A stretch of 64,000 nt of DNA from Patescibacteria group bacterium (GCA_004297205.1 SCUL01000002.1:658893-722892); one strand, 5' to 3'. Numbered from the stretch's first letter, positions 19,626-28,718 are shown. Program-made: numbers and translations. Notes: a model not told the origin generated them from the sequence alone.

Positions 19626-22373
19626 ATGGCGAAACGCCTTTCCAAACCGAACGACACGCGCACCGTCCGCACCCTCGCCGCCCTGCGGAAACTTGTGCGT
19701 GGATCGCGGCCGGCGCCGCGTTCCGTCGCGCGCGTGCTGCGCGCCGAAGTCGCGGCACCCGTTGCGCCCCCGCCCGTCGCGTTTTCCGAAGATCGCGCCC
19801 GTGCCATCGCCCGGGCCCTGGCTGCCGCGCCGGATGCGCCGCACCGCTCGCCCGCCGCGCTTTCCATCCGTTCGCACGTCGCCGCGCCCTTGTCGCCTCA
19901 CCTCGTTGAGGCGCGCGCCTCCGGCGTGCCGGACCAGGCGGAGCCCACACGGACCGTGCGCCGCACCGGGATGTTGCGCGCCGTGGCCGATTGGACGTCG
20001 GCCGTGCTCGGCGCGCCGGCCCGCCACAGCGCGGAGCTCCGCCTCAACCCGCATCGCGCCGATCAGGTGCGGCCGGACGCCTTCGCCGCCCGCGTCCGTC
20101 TCCACGCCGATATTCCGGCCGCGCTCGTCCGGGGATTGTCGGATGCCGCCGCAGACGGCGCGTCGATCTTGGTCCGACCCTTCGATGCTGCGTTCAATGC
20201 CGGATCAGGCGACCGGCTGCAGCCGCTCCTGCCCTACACCGCCTCCGCCGTGCCGGAGCATGCCGAGCTGGAGATACCCGAACATGTGACGGCCCACATG
20301 CGCGCGCCGCTCCGAACCGATGCGCCGCCGACACTCACGGATGAGGCCTCGGACTACTGGTTCTCCGGCTTGTTGCCATTCGGGCTGGCCGGCAACTGGC
20401 GCCGCTCGTTGGTCGCCGTCGCGGTCATCGCCATCGTGGCCCTCCTGCCCGTCCATTTCTCGGGGGCGTATGCCAGCGCCCGCCGCTTGGTGGCCGACGT
20501 GCGCGTGCGCGGCGACCAGGCCGTCGCTGCCATGCGCTCGGCCGGTGAAGCCGCGGCGGACCGGGATCTCCCGGCCACGACCTCGGCTTTGGCCGCCGCC
20601 TCGGCCGCCTTCGGCGACGTACGCGCCGCGCTCGGCCCCGTGGGGGGCGCGCTCGTGACGCTGGCTGACAAGCTGCCGGGCGGATCGCGCGCCGCGGCGG
20701 GCGCGGCGCTCTTCACCGCAGGCGACACCTTCACCCGCGCGGGCGAAGAGATCGCCACGCGTTTGGCCGCGCTGGAGCATGACGCGCCGCCCACGGCGGT
20801 CCTGGCCGCGCTGCGCGAGAGCGTGGCGCGCCTGGGCCCTGACGTGGCGCGGGCCGCCGAAGCACTCGCCGCCATCGATCCGGAAGACATCCCGGCCGAG
20901 CACCGCGCCGAAATCGCCGCGCTTGCCGCGAGCGCCGGCGGCATCCGCCAGGCCTTTGCTGATTTCCTGCCGCTGGCCGATGCCACCGGGTCGCTGCTCG
21001 GCGCCGACGGCAGCCGCCGCTATCTGCTCGTCTTCCAGAACCAGCACGAGCTGCGTCCGACCGGCGGGTTCATCGGCAGTTTTGCCGAAGTGACGCTCAA
21101 AGACGGCCGCATCAGCGACGTGCGTTTCCCGCCGGGCGGCTCCTATGACATCCAGGGCGACGTGCGCGCCTGGCTGAACCCGCCGGATCCGCTCCGGCTC
21201 GTGGCCGGCCGTTGGCGCTTCCATGACGCCAACTGGTTCCCGGACTTTCCGACGTCGGCCCGCAAGCTTTCCTGGTTCTACGAAAAGAGCGGCGGTCCGA
21301 CCGTGGACGGCGTGATCGCCGTGAATGCCACGGTGCTGTCCGAATTGCTGGCCGTCGTGGGGCCGGTGGAGATGCCGGACTACGGCGTGACGCTGACCTC
21401 GCAGAACGTCCTCGACGAAGTCCAGCGCGCCATCGAACTGCACCCGGCCGATCCGGCCAAGCCCAAGCAGATCCTAGCCGACCTCATGCCGCTCCTGCTC
21501 GCCCGCCTGCAATCGCCGAGTCCGCAGATGAGCTTGGCGCTTGCCGAGCTCGTCGGTCGCGGACTGGCCGCGCGCCGCATCCAGATCAGCGTCGACGACC
21601 CCGCCGTGGCGGGGACCTTTGCCAGCTTCGGCTGGGACGGTGCGCTCAAGCAGACCGACGGCGACTATCTCGACGTCGTGGTGACCAACATCGGCGGCGA
21701 AAAGACCGACGCCGTGATCCGCGACGACATCATGCATGAGATCGCCATCGCCCATGACGGGCGCGTGACCGACACGGTCACCATGACCCGCACCCACCGC
21801 GGCCGGGCCGGCGTCCCCATGACCGGCACCGGCAACTACACGTATCTGCGCATGTATGTGCCGGAAGGCAGCGCGCTCGTCTCCGCCGACGGCGATTTCG
21901 AGGCGCCGCGGGAGAACCTGTTCATCCCGCGCGAGGAGCGTTACGGCGACGATCCGGAGGTCGTGGCCCCGCTCACGAACGCCGCTGTGGACCGCGCCAG
22001 CGGCACCCGCGTCTATGAGGAACTCGGCAAGACTGTCTTCGCCAACTGGATGCGGTTGCTGCCCGGCGAAAGCAAGATGGTGCGTTTCACCTACGAACTG
22101 CCATTCCGCGTCACCGTGCCCGAGCGCGCCGAAGGCCTCGCCGCGGCGCTGGCCGCTCTTTCCGGCGCGCCGGAGCGGGGTCGCTACACGCTCCTTCTCC
22201 AGAAACAGTCCGGCGCCGAAGAACGCTACGTGACGGTGCGCGTGCGTCCGCCGCAGGGGATGCGTCCGCTCGCGGCCCTCCCGGACGAACTGACGCTGAC
22301 GGAGTCCGACGCCCGCCTCGACGTCTGGCACCAGGAGACCGACCGTTTCCTTGGCGTGCTGTTCGGCTTCTGA
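19626..22373 (+). CDS. DUF4012 domain membrane protein
   Basis: YLLVFQNQHELRPTGGFIGS, HDANWFPDFPTSA, VDGVIAVN, YLRMYVPEGS. Confidence 0.88.
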   Translation: MAKRLSKPNDTRTVRTLAALRKLVRGSRPAPRSVARVLRAEVAAPVAPPPVAFSEDRARAIARALAAAPDAPHRSPAALSIRSHVAAPLSPHLVEARASGVPDQAEPTRTVRRTGMLRAVADWTSAVLGAPARHSAELRLNPHRADQVRPDAFAARVRLHADIPAALVRGLSDAAADGASILVRPFDAAFNAGSGDRLQPLLPYTASAVPEHAELEIPEHVTAHMRAPLRTDAPPTLTDEASDYWFSGLLPFGLAGNWRRSLVAVAVIAIVALLPVHFSGAYASARRLVADVRVRGDQAVAAMRSAGEAAADRDLPATTSALAAASAAFGDVRAALGPVGGALVTLADKLPGGSRAAAGAALFTAGDTFTRAGEEIATRLAALEHDAPPTAVLAALRESVARLGPDVARAAEALAAIDPEDIPAEHRAEIAALAASAGGIRQAFADFLPLADATGSLLGADGSRRYLLVFQNQHELRPTGGFIGSFAEVTLKDGRISDVRFPPGGSYDIQGDVRAWLNPPDPLRLVAGRWRFHDANWFPDFPTSARKLSWFYEKSGGPTVDGVIAVNATVLSELLAVVGPVEMPDYGVTLTSQNVLDEVQRAIELHPADPAKPKQILADLMPLLLARLQSPSPQMSLALAELVGRGLAARRIQISVDDPAVAGTFASFGWDGALKQTDGDYLDVVVTNIGGEKTDAVIRDDIMHEIAIAHDGRVTDTVTMTRTHRGRAGVPMTGTGNYTYLRMYVPEGSALVSADGDFEAPRENLFIPREERYGDDPEVVAPLTNAAVDRASGTRVYEELGKTVFANWMRLLPGESKMVRFTYELPFRVTVPERAEGLAAALAALSGAPERGRYTLLLQKQSGAEERYVTVRVRPPQGMRPLAALPDELTLTESDARLDVWHQETDRFLGVLFGF

Positions 22374-22374
22374 T

Positions 22375-24276
22375 ATGGCGAAGAAAGAGAAAAAGCCGAT
22401 GGTGCCGGTCGATGCCGTCGTCGAACCGCCGCCTCCGCCCGCACCCGTTTCCACGGAGGCGGATCTCGAGTACGACCTGCGCCAGATCTACGCCGGGGAC
22501 GACGGCAACATGCCGGACCTCCACACGCTGGAGAAAGCGCGCAGCAACCGGTTGCGCACCGCGCTCATCGCGTTGGTGTTCTTTTTCGGACTCTTGGCCG
22601 CGACGGCCTGGGCCGGGTTCTTTGTCTTCCAGCCGGGCGCGTTCCGCGGCGAAGGCGTCAAAGTCAGCGTCGCAGCGCCCGCACCGCTCGTGGCCGGCGG
22701 CATGGCCACGCTCAAGATCCGTTATGTGAACGGGGAGCGCGTGGCGCTCGGTTCGTTCGAAATCGCCGCCACGTTTCCCGAAGGGTTCCATATGATTTCC
22801 GCCACGCCGCCGCCGATCGAAGGGACGCGCTGGATCATCGGGTCGTTGGGCAGCGGCCAGAGCGGGGAGATCGAAGTGACGGGGACGGTCGACGGCGCCG
22901 TCGGCACGCCGCTGGCCTTTTCCGCCTACGGCACCTACATTCCGGCCAATTTCAATTCCGAATTTCAGTCCGTCGGTTCGCTCACCACCGGGGTCGCCGA
23001 CTCCGTGCTGAAGCTCTCCGTTTCGGGACCGGACCGGACTCCGGCAGGGGAGGCGGTCACGTACCTGGTGCGCTACGAGAACGCCGGCGACGTCACCTTG
23101 TCGGGCGCTGCGGTCGAACTGACGCTGCCGCCGGACTTGCTGATCGAATCCGTGACGCCTGCCCAGCGCGTCGAGGACCGCCGCGTGCCGCTGCCGGACA
23201 TCCTGCCCGGCGCGAGCGGCGAGATAGCCGTCCGCGGCAGCTACGCCTCGGAAGCCAGCGGCCAGCGCATCGTCTCGGCCACGGCCGGCGTGCTCGCTCC
23301 GGACCAGCGGCTCGCCGTCTACGCGCGCGCCGAAGGCCGGACCGACGTCGTCGGCGGCGACCTGGTGCTGACCGCGGTCACGAACGGCGTCTCCGGCACC
23401 GGCCGCGTCAATTTCGGCGACACGTTGCGCACCACGCTGACCTATGAGAACCGCGGCTCGGTCGATTTGAGCGGCGTCGACATCACGCTCGTCTACGAGG
23501 CGCGGCCGACTGCGGGTGGGTCGTTTCTGAATTTTGAGACGCTGTCTGACGAATCCGCCGGGGTGCGCGAGGGCGGCCGCGTCACCTGGACCAAGACGCA
23601 GATCGCCCGGCTGGCGAAGCTCGCGCCCGGCGACGAAGGCACGATCGACGTCAGCATCAACCTCGCCGACGCGCCGTTCAGCTTGTCCGACCGCGCGTAC
23701 GCCGTCGACGTTTCGGCCGAGGCGCGCGTCGCCAAGGTCGGCGACCTGCCGGTCGGTCGCGCCGTGAAGAGCGCCAAGACGACGCTCTCCTTGAACTCCG
23801 ACCTGCGCTTCGGCGCCGCGACCCGCTACTTCAACGACGACGACCTGGCCGTCGGCACCGGGCCCGTGCCGCCGCGCGTCGGCGCCACCACCACCTACCG
23901 CGTTTTCTGGACGGCGGACAACACGCTCCATGAGCTCACCGGACTCACTCTGCGCGTTCCGTTGCCGCCGGGCGTTGCCTACGCCGAGCGCGGCCAGGCC
24001 TCGGCCGGAGAAATCCGTTTCGACACCGCGAGTTCCACGGTCGTCTGGACGTTGAACCGCATGCCGGAATCGGTGACCCGCCTCGACGGCGCCTTCGACG
24101 TGCGCATCGTGCCGACCGCCGCCGATGCCGGAAAGATTCTGTCCTTGACCGGCCCGCTCAGCTTTGAAGCGACCGACACCGCGGCCGGCGGCATCATCGT
24201 CCGCACCATCGAGCCGCTCGACACCAACCTCGAAACCGATCCTCAGGTCTCCGGAAAAGGAAACGTCATCGAATAG
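22375..24276 (+). CDS. Membrane-anchored beta-rich surface protein (DUF11-like Ig repeats)
   Basis: Single TM; repeated (V/L)xYxNxG modules; GTGPVPPRVGATTTY. Confidence 0.7.
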   Translation: MAKKEKKPMVPVDAVVEPPPPPAPVSTEADLEYDLRQIYAGDDGNMPDLHTLEKARSNRLRTALIALVFFFGLLAATAWAGFFVFQPGAFRGEGVKVSVAAPAPLVAGGMATLKIRYVNGERVALGSFEIAATFPEGFHMISATPPPIEGTRWIIGSLGSGQSGEIEVTGTVDGAVGTPLAFSAYGTYIPANFNSEFQSVGSLTTGVADSVLKLSVSGPDRTPAGEAVTYLVRYENAGDVTLSGAAVELTLPPDLLIESVTPAQRVEDRRVPLPDILPGASGEIAVRGSYASEASGQRIVSATAGVLAPDQRLAVYARAEGRTDVVGGDLVLTAVTNGVSGTGRVNFGDTLRTTLTYENRGSVDLSGVDITLVYEARPTAGGSFLNFETLSDESAGVREGGRVTWTKTQIARLAKLAPGDEGTIDVSINLADAPFSLSDRAYAVDVSAEARVAKVGDLPVGRAVKSAKTTLSLNSDLRFGAATRYFNDDDLAVGTGPVPPRVGATTTYRVFWTADNTLHELTGLTLRVPLPPGVAYAERGQASAGEIRFDTASSTVVWTLNRMPESVTRLDGAFDVRIVPTAADAGKILSLTGPLSFEATDTAAGGIIVRTIEPLDTNLETDPQVSGKGNVIE

Positions 24277-24329
24277 TCCCGCCGCGGCGGGACTGGTGCG
24301 TCCGGCAAGAATCTCACACGCTCAAAAGG

Positions 24330-24360
24330 AAAACCGCCCCACAGACGTGAGGCGGTTTTC
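24330..24360. terminator. Terminator downstream of tRNA-Arg
   Basis: GAAAACCGCC...GGCGGTTTTC inverted repeat. Confidence 0.6.
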
Positions 24361-24361
24361 C

Positions 24362-24436
24362 TGGTGCACCCGCCAAGAATCGAACTTGGATCACAGGCTT
24401 CGGAGGCTTGTGTTCTATCCGTTGAACTACGGGTGC
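24362..24436 (-). tRNA. tRNA-Arg(CCG)
   Basis: Reverse complement GCACCCG...CTCCGAA anticodon loop...GTTCGATTC...CGGGTGCACCA. Confidence 0.93.
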
Positions 24437-24457
24437 AAACGAGTGAGGCGCGACCGT

Positions 24458-25405
24458 CTACTTTCCGCGCAGACGGTTCGCGAGCCGGTACAACGTATAC
24501 CAGAACGGGCGCAGCGGCAACTCCTGCGCCCCCGGCAGGGACACGCGCTGCCCGCCGAAGCCGGTCTTGAAGCGGGTGATGCCGGTCCAGCGATGCGAGG
24601 CGGGTGCGTCGGGCGGCGCGACGCCCCAGAAGTCATACCTCGTGCAGCCGGCGAGCTTGGCGATGCGCATGGCCTCGCCGTGCAATAGATACGGCGCCAT
24701 CAGGTTGCGCTTCAGGTCGGCCGAGGCGCCGTGCAGGTACGTTGCCGTGTCGCCGAAACGGATCAGGATCATGCCGGCGAGAAGATCATCCTCGTGTTCG
24801 GCGATGACCAGATGCGCGGTGCAGGTCTGCGCGTCCTCAAGCGGACCGGCGAGCGCGGTAAGCATCTTCTGATAGTACCCCTCCGGATGCAGGGAGAAGC
24901 CGTCGCGTTTGGCCGTGGCCGCGAATATCTGCCAAACGGCGGGCCAGTCTCCGGCGCCGCCGATGCGTACGGTGACGCCGTGCTTCTGCGCCAGGCGCAG
25001 ATTGTAGCGCGTCTTGTGGTGCATGGCCGCCAGCAGCGCCTCCTCGGATTGCGTCAGGTCCAGAAGGAGCGTGTGCTCCGGCAGGCGCGCGGCTGCGGCG
25101 GTGCCACCCGCGACACCGGCGGACGCGGCCGCTTCGACGTGCAGAAAGGTGCCGTTCGTTTTCTTGAGATCGCCGATGAGGCGCTCGGCGAGCGCCTGCG
25201 TGAACGGTGCGCGGAAAACATCCCATTCGGTGAGGCCACCGGGCAACGGCCGGGACACGACCTGCGCCGCAACGCCGCCCTGCTCGTAGCGGCGCACCTC
25301 GCGGCCGACGTTGCGTTGGAATTCACCCCACTGCCATGACTGCAAGAACGCCCCCGAAACGGGAGCGTGGGCGAGCGCGGCGCGGTTCCATTCCTGGGGC
25401 GACAT
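24458..25405 (-). CDS. FemAB/FemX family peptidoglycan bridge aminoacyltransferase
   Basis: FLQSWQWGEFQ; MHHKTRYNLRLA; YLHGAS; YDFWGV; GITRFKTGFGG. Confidence 0.92.
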   Translation of the reverse strand: MSPQEWNRAALAHAPVSGAFLQSWQWGEFQRNVGREVRRYEQGGVAAQVVSRPLPGGLTEWDVFRAPFTQALAERLIGDLKKTNGTFLHVEAAASAGVAGGTAAAARLPEHTLLLDLTQSEEALLAAMHHKTRYNLRLAQKHGVTVRIGGAGDWPAVWQIFAATAKRDGFSLHPEGYYQKMLTALAGPLEDAQTCTAHLVIAEHEDDLLAGMILIRFGDTATYLHGASADLKRNLMAPYLLHGEAMRIAKLAGCTRYDFWGVAPPDAPASHRWTGITRFKTGFGGQRVSLPGAQELPLRPFWYTLYRLANRLRGK

Positions 25406-25498
25406 GCCGCCATCCTACAAAAGAAAACCCCGAGGGGCTAGAGGCAGCGGGGATTGACAGGCAGGCTTGGCGGTGCGGGAGGGGCGCCGTGATACAGT

Positions 25499-25699
25499 AT
25501 GGCTGTGGATATGCCGAGCAAGAAAAGATACGTCACGGAAGAGTACTTGGAGACCCGCTTGGACAAGCTCGTCCAGGAGGTCGCGGTTGTATTTCAATCG
25601 AGTTTTTCCGAACAACAGGTCCAGATCAATGAGTTGCGCGAGATGGTCAGGCAGGGTTTTGGGATACTTGATGGTTTTGTGGGAAAGATGAATCGTCTA
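25499..25699 (+). pseudogene. Small coiled-coil protein, probably truncated at about 25697 by the array end
   Basis: Amphipathic YVTEEYLETRLDKL...FVGKMNRL; the ORF then continues without a stop through the antisense of repeat unit 1 to 25951. Confidence 0.4.
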
Positions 25700-25735
25700 C
25701 ATACGCTTCGTGAGGTCCATCGCTGCCTCCGATCC

Positions 25736-25892
25736 GTGAGTCGCTTCGCCGCCACATGCCTTCGGGATGTTCCACCCGTCGGTCACGCTGCGGTTCGTCG
25801 CTCCTCGTCCGATATCACCAGTCAGTCTGATGTTCTCGGAAGAGGAGAGGATCTTGGAAGACCCTCTGGAACGGCCGTCGCCCGTTCCTGCC
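25736..25892 (-). repeat. Structured intergenic element unit 1 (modules D-C-B-A)
   Basis: Minus strand GGCAGGAACGGGCGACGGCCGTTCC / AGAGGGTCTTCCAAGATCCTCT / CCTCTTCCGA..TCGGACGAGGAG / GTGACCGACGGGTGGAACATCCCGAAGG..GGCGAAGCGACTC. Confidence 0.92.
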
Positions 25893-25898
25893 TGTGCG

Positions 25899-26111
25899 CT
25901 ACGTCTCGCGCACGAGGTCGATTGCGGCCTGCAGATCGGACATATTCCTGATCCGGTCCACCAGGCCCACCTTCCTGAGCACCGCGCTGATTTCCCTGCC
26001 ACCCGTCGTCAGGCCGGCCTCGGCCAGCAGCGCCTCGGCCTTCTCCTTCGCCTCGAGCAGGGAGCATCGCTGCGTCTCATGCAGCACCCCCATGACGACC
26101 ATTCTGTTCAT
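25899..26111 (-). CDS. Array ORF a, hypothetical protein (70 aa)
   Basis: MNRMVVMG...DLVRET; GGAG upstream; stop 6 nt before unit 1. Confidence 0.65.
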   Translation of the reverse strand: MNRMVVMGVLHETQRCSLLEAKEKAEALLAEAGLTTGGREISAVLRKVGLVDRIRNMSDLQAAIDLVRET

Positions 26112-26123
26112 GTCTTCGTCTCC

Positions 26124-26280
26124 AGTCGCTTCGCCGCTGCGCGCCTTCGGGATATTCCACCCGTCGATCATGCCGCGTTCTCGTTCCTCGTCTCACGCCA
26201 CGAGTACCTGCTCATGCCTTGAGAAGAGGAGAGGGCGCTTGCGCGTACCGCATCGCCCCCGAGACTTTGACCGCTGTCTC
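26124..26280 (-). repeat. Structured intergenic element unit 2 (modules D'-C'-B-A)
   Basis: Shares B (TCTCAAGGCATGAG..CTCGTGGCGTGAGACGAGGA) and A (GACGGGTGGAATATCCCGAAGG..GGCGAAGCGACT) with other units; alternative hairpins GAGAC..GTCTC and GGGCG..CGCCC. Confidence 0.92.
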
Positions 26281-26293
26281 CTGCGGGCCGTGT

Positions 26294-26812
26294 TCACGGC
26301 GTTTCGAGCATGTCTTCCCACGTTCGATCATCGCCCCATTCTGCCTGAACGAGGCGTGCGCCGGCTGGTGTCCAGACACCGCACTGCACCGACATCCAAC
26401 TGACTCTCGGGAGATTCACCGGATCGATGCGAGTGAAGAGCTCGGCCGCCTTCCTTTCGTGGAAGTACCCGATGAGACGGCTGTCGCTCCGATTGTCGTA
26501 ACCGCCATCCGGAAGCTTGAACGGAAGGCAGCCCTCGGGGTGTGTCACACCGTAGACCAGGTGGCCGTCCGAAGCGTCGACGCGGAAACGGACGCGGTAG
26601 ACCCTGCCGATGCTGCTGACGGCTTCCGCGGAAGCCGGTTGGATCTCGGGAGCTTCTCCCTTGAAGAACACGACGATCCAGCCGCAGACGGTGAGAGGTA
26701 CGACTTGGACGCGCAGCTCGCGAGCACGCTTGCGCAGGACGTTCGCCTGGCGATTGAGCTCCTCGACCTGCGACTCCACGCTCTTCAGTTCGCTGACCAA
26801 TAGATGAACCAT
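26294..26812 (-). CDS. Array ORF b, hypothetical protein (172 aa, N-terminal coiled coil)
   Basis: ORF track; AAGGAG/GGGAG and A-rich sequence upstream; fills the gap between units 3 and 2. Confidence 0.75.
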   Translation of the reverse strand: MVHLLVSELKSVESQVEELNRQANVLRKRARELRVQVVPLTVCGWIVVFFKGEAPEIQPASAEAVSSIGRVYRVRFRVDASDGHLVYGVTHPEGCLPFKLPDGGYDNRSDSRLIGYFHERKAAELFTRIDPVNLPRVSWMSVQCGVWTPAGARLVQAEWGDDRTWEDMLETP

Positions 26813-26837
26813 TTTTTCTCCCGTTCTCCTTTTTGTT

Positions 26838-26925
26838 TCCTCGTCTCACCGCACGAGCGTCGCTCATGCCTTGAGAAGAGAAGGAGTCGCGTGACTCCTT
26901 GGAACGGCCGTCGCCCGTTCCTGCC
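26838..26925 (-). repeat. Structured intergenic element unit 3 (D, variant C, B; no A)
   Basis: D identical to unit 1; C replaced by AAGGAGTC-ACGC-GACTCCTT; B nearly identical to unit 4. Confidence 0.92.
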
Positions 26926-26929
26926 TTGA

Positions 26930-27322
26930 TCAGGGAAACGTCGCCACCCATCCGTTCGGAAGGACGAACTCCTCTGCCGGACCGACGTTCCCGGTGGCCA
27001 CCTCGCCGACGAAATTGCCGTCGATGATCTGGATGTTCCGGAGGTGCGCCTCACGAGCGGGAACCACTCGGCAGCGGCTCCGGACGTGGAAGCCATCGGC
27101 GGCTTCGCAGTGGCCACGCTCGTTGGCGGCATCCGGACCGAACCATGTGCCGCGACCGTCGCGCTCGCAGGTCGCCTCGCAGAGCACGTCGGCAGGCTGC
27201 GGACAGCCCGCCTCGATGATGGCGACGGCTTCGGCCAGGTTGTCGTAGCAGGCATCGCCCTCCGACGGAGGCGACTGCGTGCAGCCGACCAGCATCAGAG
27301 CAGAGAAGATGATTGCACGCAT
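26930..27322 (-). CDS. Array ORF c, putative Cys-rich lipoprotein (130 aa)
   Basis: MRAIIFSALMLVG-C lipobox; six further Cys. Confidence 0.75.
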   Translation of the reverse strand: MRAIIFSALMLVGCTQSPPSEGDACYDNLAEAVAIIEAGCPQPADVLCEATCERDGRGTWFGPDAANERGHCEAADGFHVRSRCRVVPAREAHLRNIQIIDGNFVGEVATGNVGPAEEFVLPNGWVATFP

Positions 27323-27334
27323 CGCACACCCCAT

Positions 27335-27498
27335 TGAGTCGCTTCGCCGTCGCATGTCTCCGGGATATTCCACCCGTTGATCACGTTTCGGTTCATCGCT
27401 CCTCGTCTCACGCCACGAGCGTCGCTCATGCCTTGAGAAGAGGAGAGGGCGCGTGCGCGAATCGCCGCACCCTCGAGACTTTTTTCGTCGGCTGTCTC
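27335..27498 (-). repeat. Structured intergenic element unit 4 (modules D'-C'-B-A)
   Basis: Same architecture as unit 2. Confidence 0.92.
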
Positions 27499-27507
27499 CC
27501 GCCGGAA

Positions 27508-28089
27508 CTACTTCCGCCACCTCGCGATCTCCTTGAACGTGGCCTCGTCCACCTCTAGACCGGGGGATGATCCGAGGGTCCACCACCGCCGCGGCGGTGC
27601 GGCGACGTCCTTCATCGCCGCCTCGTACTCGTCGACCTCGATGAGGTCGAACAGGACCGACGCGTCGAGACCGATCGCATCATCGATCTCAAGAAGACGC
27701 GCGGCCAGGCCGCTGTCCGCCGTTTCCATGAGCGCGCGCTCGAGTGAGCAGCGCGCCGCGAAGCACGAGCGGACGGTGTGGAACTCGTCAACACCGCACG
27801 GCAACTCGCCGTTCGCGATGAGGGGGAGGATTCCCGCCATTTCCTCGAACTCCTCAGCGCATGCGAGCGCGTAGCGGAGTCCGTCCTCCTCTCTTTTCGC
27901 CGTCATCTGTGCGGCGGCGTCGCACATGTTGCGGAGATCGGCCACCTCCCTTCGCACCTCTTCGGCGGTGTCAGGCTCGCACCCGCACACCCCCTCGTCG
28001 GTGCGGCATGGACAACCCATGCCGGAGTGCCCGTATGGGCGCTCCGAGAAGTTCTTTACCCTCTCTGACCCACAGAAAGCACAAGCCAT
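27508..28089 (-). CDS. Array ORF d, acidic hypothetical protein with Cys-rich N-terminus (193 aa)
   Basis: AAGGAG SD; MACAFC...GCPC...VCGC; D/E-rich helical body. Confidence 0.78.
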   Translation of the reverse strand: MACAFCGSERVKNFSERPYGHSGMGCPCRTDEGVCGCEPDTAEEVRREVADLRNMCDAAAQMTAKREEDGLRYALACAEEFEEMAGILPLIANGELPCGVDEFHTVRSCFAARCSLERALMETADSGLAARLLEIDDAIGLDASVLFDLIEVDEYEAAMKDVAAPPRRWWTLGSSPGLEVDEATFKEIARWRK

Positions 28090-28107
28090 GTGCATCTCCT
28101 TTTTTCT

Positions 28108-28263
28108 TGAGTCGCTTCGCCACAACGCGCCTCCGGGATATTTCACCCATCGGTCACATTGTAGCTCATCGCTCCTCGTCTCACACCACGAGCGGATTCG
28201 TGAGTTGAGATGAAGAAGAGGATCTTGGAAGACCCTCTGGAACGGCCGTCGCCCGTTCCTGCC
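28108..28263 (-). repeat. Structured intergenic element unit 5 (modules D-C-B-A)
   Basis: C and D identical to unit 1 over about 47 nt; B and A diverged but pairing is retained. Confidence 0.92.
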
Positions 28264-28268
28264 GATTG

Positions 28269-28448
28269 CTACTCGTTCAATGCCATCTCCTCGATCAACC
28301 ACCGTTCGTCGGGGTCCTCGAGGTCCATTTCGTACTTCTCCGCGAGTTCCAACACTCGCTGCGCGAACAGCTGCTGCGCCTTTGTTTCATCGAACCCGGC
28401 GGCGATGAAGTCACCGAGGGTGAAGGCTGCCGTCTCGTACACTGCCAT
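28269..28448 (-). CDS. Array ORF e, small acidic protein (59 aa; not in the ORF track)
   Basis: GAGGAGG-AAACC-ATG; MAVYETAAFTLGDFIAAGFDETKAQQLFAQRVLELAEKYEMDLEDPDERWLIEEMALNE. Confidence 0.75.
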   Translation of the reverse strand: MAVYETAAFTLGDFIAAGFDETKAQQLFAQRVLELAEKYEMDLEDPDERWLIEEMALNE

Positions 28449-28453
28449 GGTTT

Positions 28454-28545
28454 CCTCCTCGTCTCACGCCACGAGCGTTGCTCATGGTTTGAGATGAAAA
28501 GAGGATCTTGGAAGATCCCCTGGAACGGCCGATGCCCGTTCCTGC
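28454..28545 (-). repeat. Structured intergenic element unit 6 (D-C-B; no A)
   Basis: Slightly diverged C and D; the 3' arm of B supplies the SD of ORF e. Confidence 0.92.
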
Positions 28546-28592
28546 TTGCCCCGAGCGAAGTCGAGGGGCCTGTCCCGCGCGTCTCGCGGGAC
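28544..28592. repeat. REP-like palindromes
   Basis: GCTTGCCCCGAGCGAAGTCGAGGGG (related to 34100-34120) followed by GTCCCGCG-CGTCT-CGCGGGAC. Confidence 0.6.
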
Positions 28593-28597
28593 TGTAG

Positions 28598-28689
28598 TGG
28601 CACCGTCGGGAGTCGAACCCACTGATTGCCCCGACACTTGGTGTTGCCAAGCTGGAGAATCCCCTCCATATATATCGTCAGGCAGTGCC
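28598..28689 (-). ncRNA. tRNA-like element (acceptor stem and T arm; non-canonical D and anticodon arms)
   Basis: GGCACTG/CGGTGCC-A acceptor stem; TGGG-TTCGACT-CCCG T arm; followed by CTA, not CCA. Confidence 0.6.
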
Positions 28690-28718
28690 TTGTGCGCCCT
28701 TTGTCGAGGCGCTGTTCA

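Noticed and set aside
28140-28150. TGA recoding suggested by TGG/TGA variation in module A
   Set aside because: Many conserved genes here (cmk, secG, fba, ileS) end at TGA and none has internal TGA.
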